A stretch of 64,000 nt of DNA from positions 19,905-83,904 of the forward strand of contig JAFADP010000005.1 in the NCBI GenBank assembly GCA_023424785.1, given 5' to 3'. How positions within the stretch are numbered: the stretch's first letter is position 1; each line of letters opens with the position of its first letter. The notes under the pieces are model-generated. The model searched no databases. It was not told where the DNA came from and was given only the letters and a program-made list of their open reading frames with translations. Below are positions 62,663 to 64,000 of this stretch, piece after piece. Made by a program: the position numbers and the translations under genes. This DNA is from Bacillota bacterium. GTDB taxonomy: Bacteria; Bacillota; Clostridia; Clostridiales; Clostridiaceae.

Positions 62663-63391
62663 ATGAAATACTTATCTGATTTACATACTCACACCATAGT
62701 TAGTGGTCATGCTTATACAACACTTCTAGAAAACATAAATTTCTGTGCTGAAAATGGAATAAAAATATTAGGTACATCGGAACATTGTTCAGCAATGCCT
62801 AATGCCCCTCATAGATGGTATTTTGCTAACATGAAAGTTATTCCTAGAGTTATTAACGGTGTTACTCTATTAAAAGGCTGTGAAGCAAACATTCTTAATA
62901 CTGAAGGTGATATAGATATTAGTGAATCAGATGCAAAATATCTTGATTATATGATTGCTTCTTTTCATCAACCTATATTTTCTCCAAGCTCTAAAGAAAA
63001 TAATACAAATGCAATTTTAAATTGCATTAATAAAAATAATAAAGTAGAGATTTTAGGACACTTAGGTAACCCTATTTATGATCTTGATTATGAAGCTATA
63101 GTAAAGGAAGTAAAAGATAAAGATTTAATGATCGAAATAAATAATAGCTCTATTCTTGGAAAATCTAGAGCTGGAAGTGATATAAATTGCAAAAAAGTTG
63201 CAAAACTTTGTAAAGAATACGGCGCTAAAATAATTCTTACCTCAGATTCTCATATTTGCTTTACTATTGGTCAATTTCAAGAATCAATAGACTTACTTAA
63301 TTCTATTGATTTTCCTGAAGAATTAATTATGAATAATCCTGAAAAATTAATACCACATTTAAAAAATAAAGGTCGTCTATTAGATTTATAA
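62663..63391 (+). CDS. PHP-domain phosphatase, YcdX family
   Basis: DLHTHT..SGHAY, SEH, EANI, GHLGNP, EINNSS, SDSH. Confidence 0.92.
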   Translation: MKYLSDLHTHTIVSGHAYTTLLENINFCAENGIKILGTSEHCSAMPNAPHRWYFANMKVIPRVINGVTLLKGCEANILNTEGDIDISESDAKYLDYMIASFHQPIFSPSSKENNTNAILNCINKNNKVEILGHLGNPIYDLDYEAIVKEVKDKDLMIEINNSSILGKSRAGSDINCKKVAKLCKEYGAKIILTSDSHICFTIGQFQESIDLLNSIDFPEELIMNNPEKLIPHLKNKGRLLDL

Positions 63392-63434
63392 AAGTAATCA
63401 CCTTGAGTTTTTTATAGCTCAAGGTGATTACTTT
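63392..63434. terminator. Bidirectional terminator
   Basis: AAAGTAATCACCTTGAG..CTCAAGGTGATTACTTT. Confidence 0.85.
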
Positions 63435-63940
63435 TATCTATAATATAAATGCTTATTAGTAAATATTAAGTCAATAGTTAAGTATACACATAATATAACT
63501 GTTATTATTATAAAAACTGTACTTTTTCTAAAGAATAACTTATCTATTATTGGTTGAATCACAAACAAAGTAAATGTAGTTAGTATGCCCCAATAAATTG
63601 AGAACTTTAAACATATGATTCCTTTAAAATTAAGCTTATTCTTACTATAATCCCAATACTTTTTTTTGAATCTTTTTATCATTATTTCTCCACTTATATA
63701 TTCTATGATTGTTGGAACAATAAAGAATAGTATTAATAATACTACTCCATTAATATGTACTATGTTTTTTAAAAATACTAATATACTCATAGCAAAACCA
63801 TACATAGGCTTAAATGGACTATATAAGAACCCATCTTTTTTAAAACTTCCATTAATAACATAATAGTAAACATCTTCTAATATCCATCCTAAAAATGAAT
63901 ATAAAACAAATATAAAGCATAAGTAGAAAAATGACATCAT
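63434..63940 (-). CDS. Putative ABC-transporter permease-like membrane protein (CmpB/TMEM229, DUF1113 type)
   Basis: YSFLGWILE, GFL.SP..PMYG, EY.SG, WDYS..KLNFKG.ICL.FS..WG; probable start at 63940 after GGGAG. Confidence 0.85.
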   Translation of the reverse strand: MMSFFYLCFIFVLYSFLGWILEDVYYYVINGSFKKDGFLYSPFKPMYGFAMSILVFLKNIVHINGVVLLILFFIVPTIIEYISGEIMIKRFKKKYWDYSKNKLNFKGIICLKFSIYWGILTTFTLFVIQPIIDKLFFRKSTVFIIITVILCVYLTIDLIFTNKHLYYR

Positions 63941-64000
63941 GTTAATACTCCCTTCATCTTTTAGAGTTAGTATTAACATCTATCCACTAATTAATTCTAT

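Noticed and set aside
4474..63863. The many short ORFs in the track that lie antisense to long genes (e.g. 4474-4671, 9815-10252, 18956-19192, 24355-24813, 39707-40198, 54096-55020) or out of frame inside one (33888-34070)
   Set aside because: They overlap well-supported genes, lack RBSs and show the Ser/Ile/Phe/Leu-rich composition typical of shadow frames in AT-rich DNA.

Overview
Low-GC Clostridium-type (Clostridiaceae) core chromosome segment with about 50 protein-coding genes, most on the minus strand. Housekeeping content: three aminoacyl-tRNA synthetases, each behind a T-box with the matching specifier codon (asnS/AAC, metG/ATG, type-2 ileS/ATC); class III ribonucleotide reductase nrdD (with an NrdR box) and nrdG, separated by a nifV-like synthase, a YbhJ-type hydratase, a dehydrogenase and an AAA ATPase; the tatD-3D/G5-rnmV-rsmA block; a lysine-riboswitch NhaC/LysW transporter; ccpA; aspartokinase; murI; and carAB with a PyrR leader. 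It also holds a sporulation/germination cluster (ykvI-like, sleC, fused cspBA with no adjacent cspC) and a large modular type I pullulanase. I see no rRNA, tRNA, CRISPR array, transposase, integrase or phage genes. The most interesting signals are small and mostly intergenic: (i) an uncharacterised 81-aa gene with two LexA/SOS boxes over a near-consensus sigmaA promoter; (ii) a 14-codon leader ORF whose ribosome-binding site sits in the carAB PyrR stem; (iii) an orphan promoter-terminator unit with an anti-Shine-Dalgarno loop after asnS (candidate sRNA); (iv) an unannotated 58-aa microprotein resembling an RsgI anti-sigma N-terminal domain; (v) a codon-atypical YbhJ hydratase where an aconitase would be expected; (vi) a terminator-like hairpin directly before the K+/H+ antiporter RBS. 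All family assignments are from motif recognition by eye; no database searches were run.
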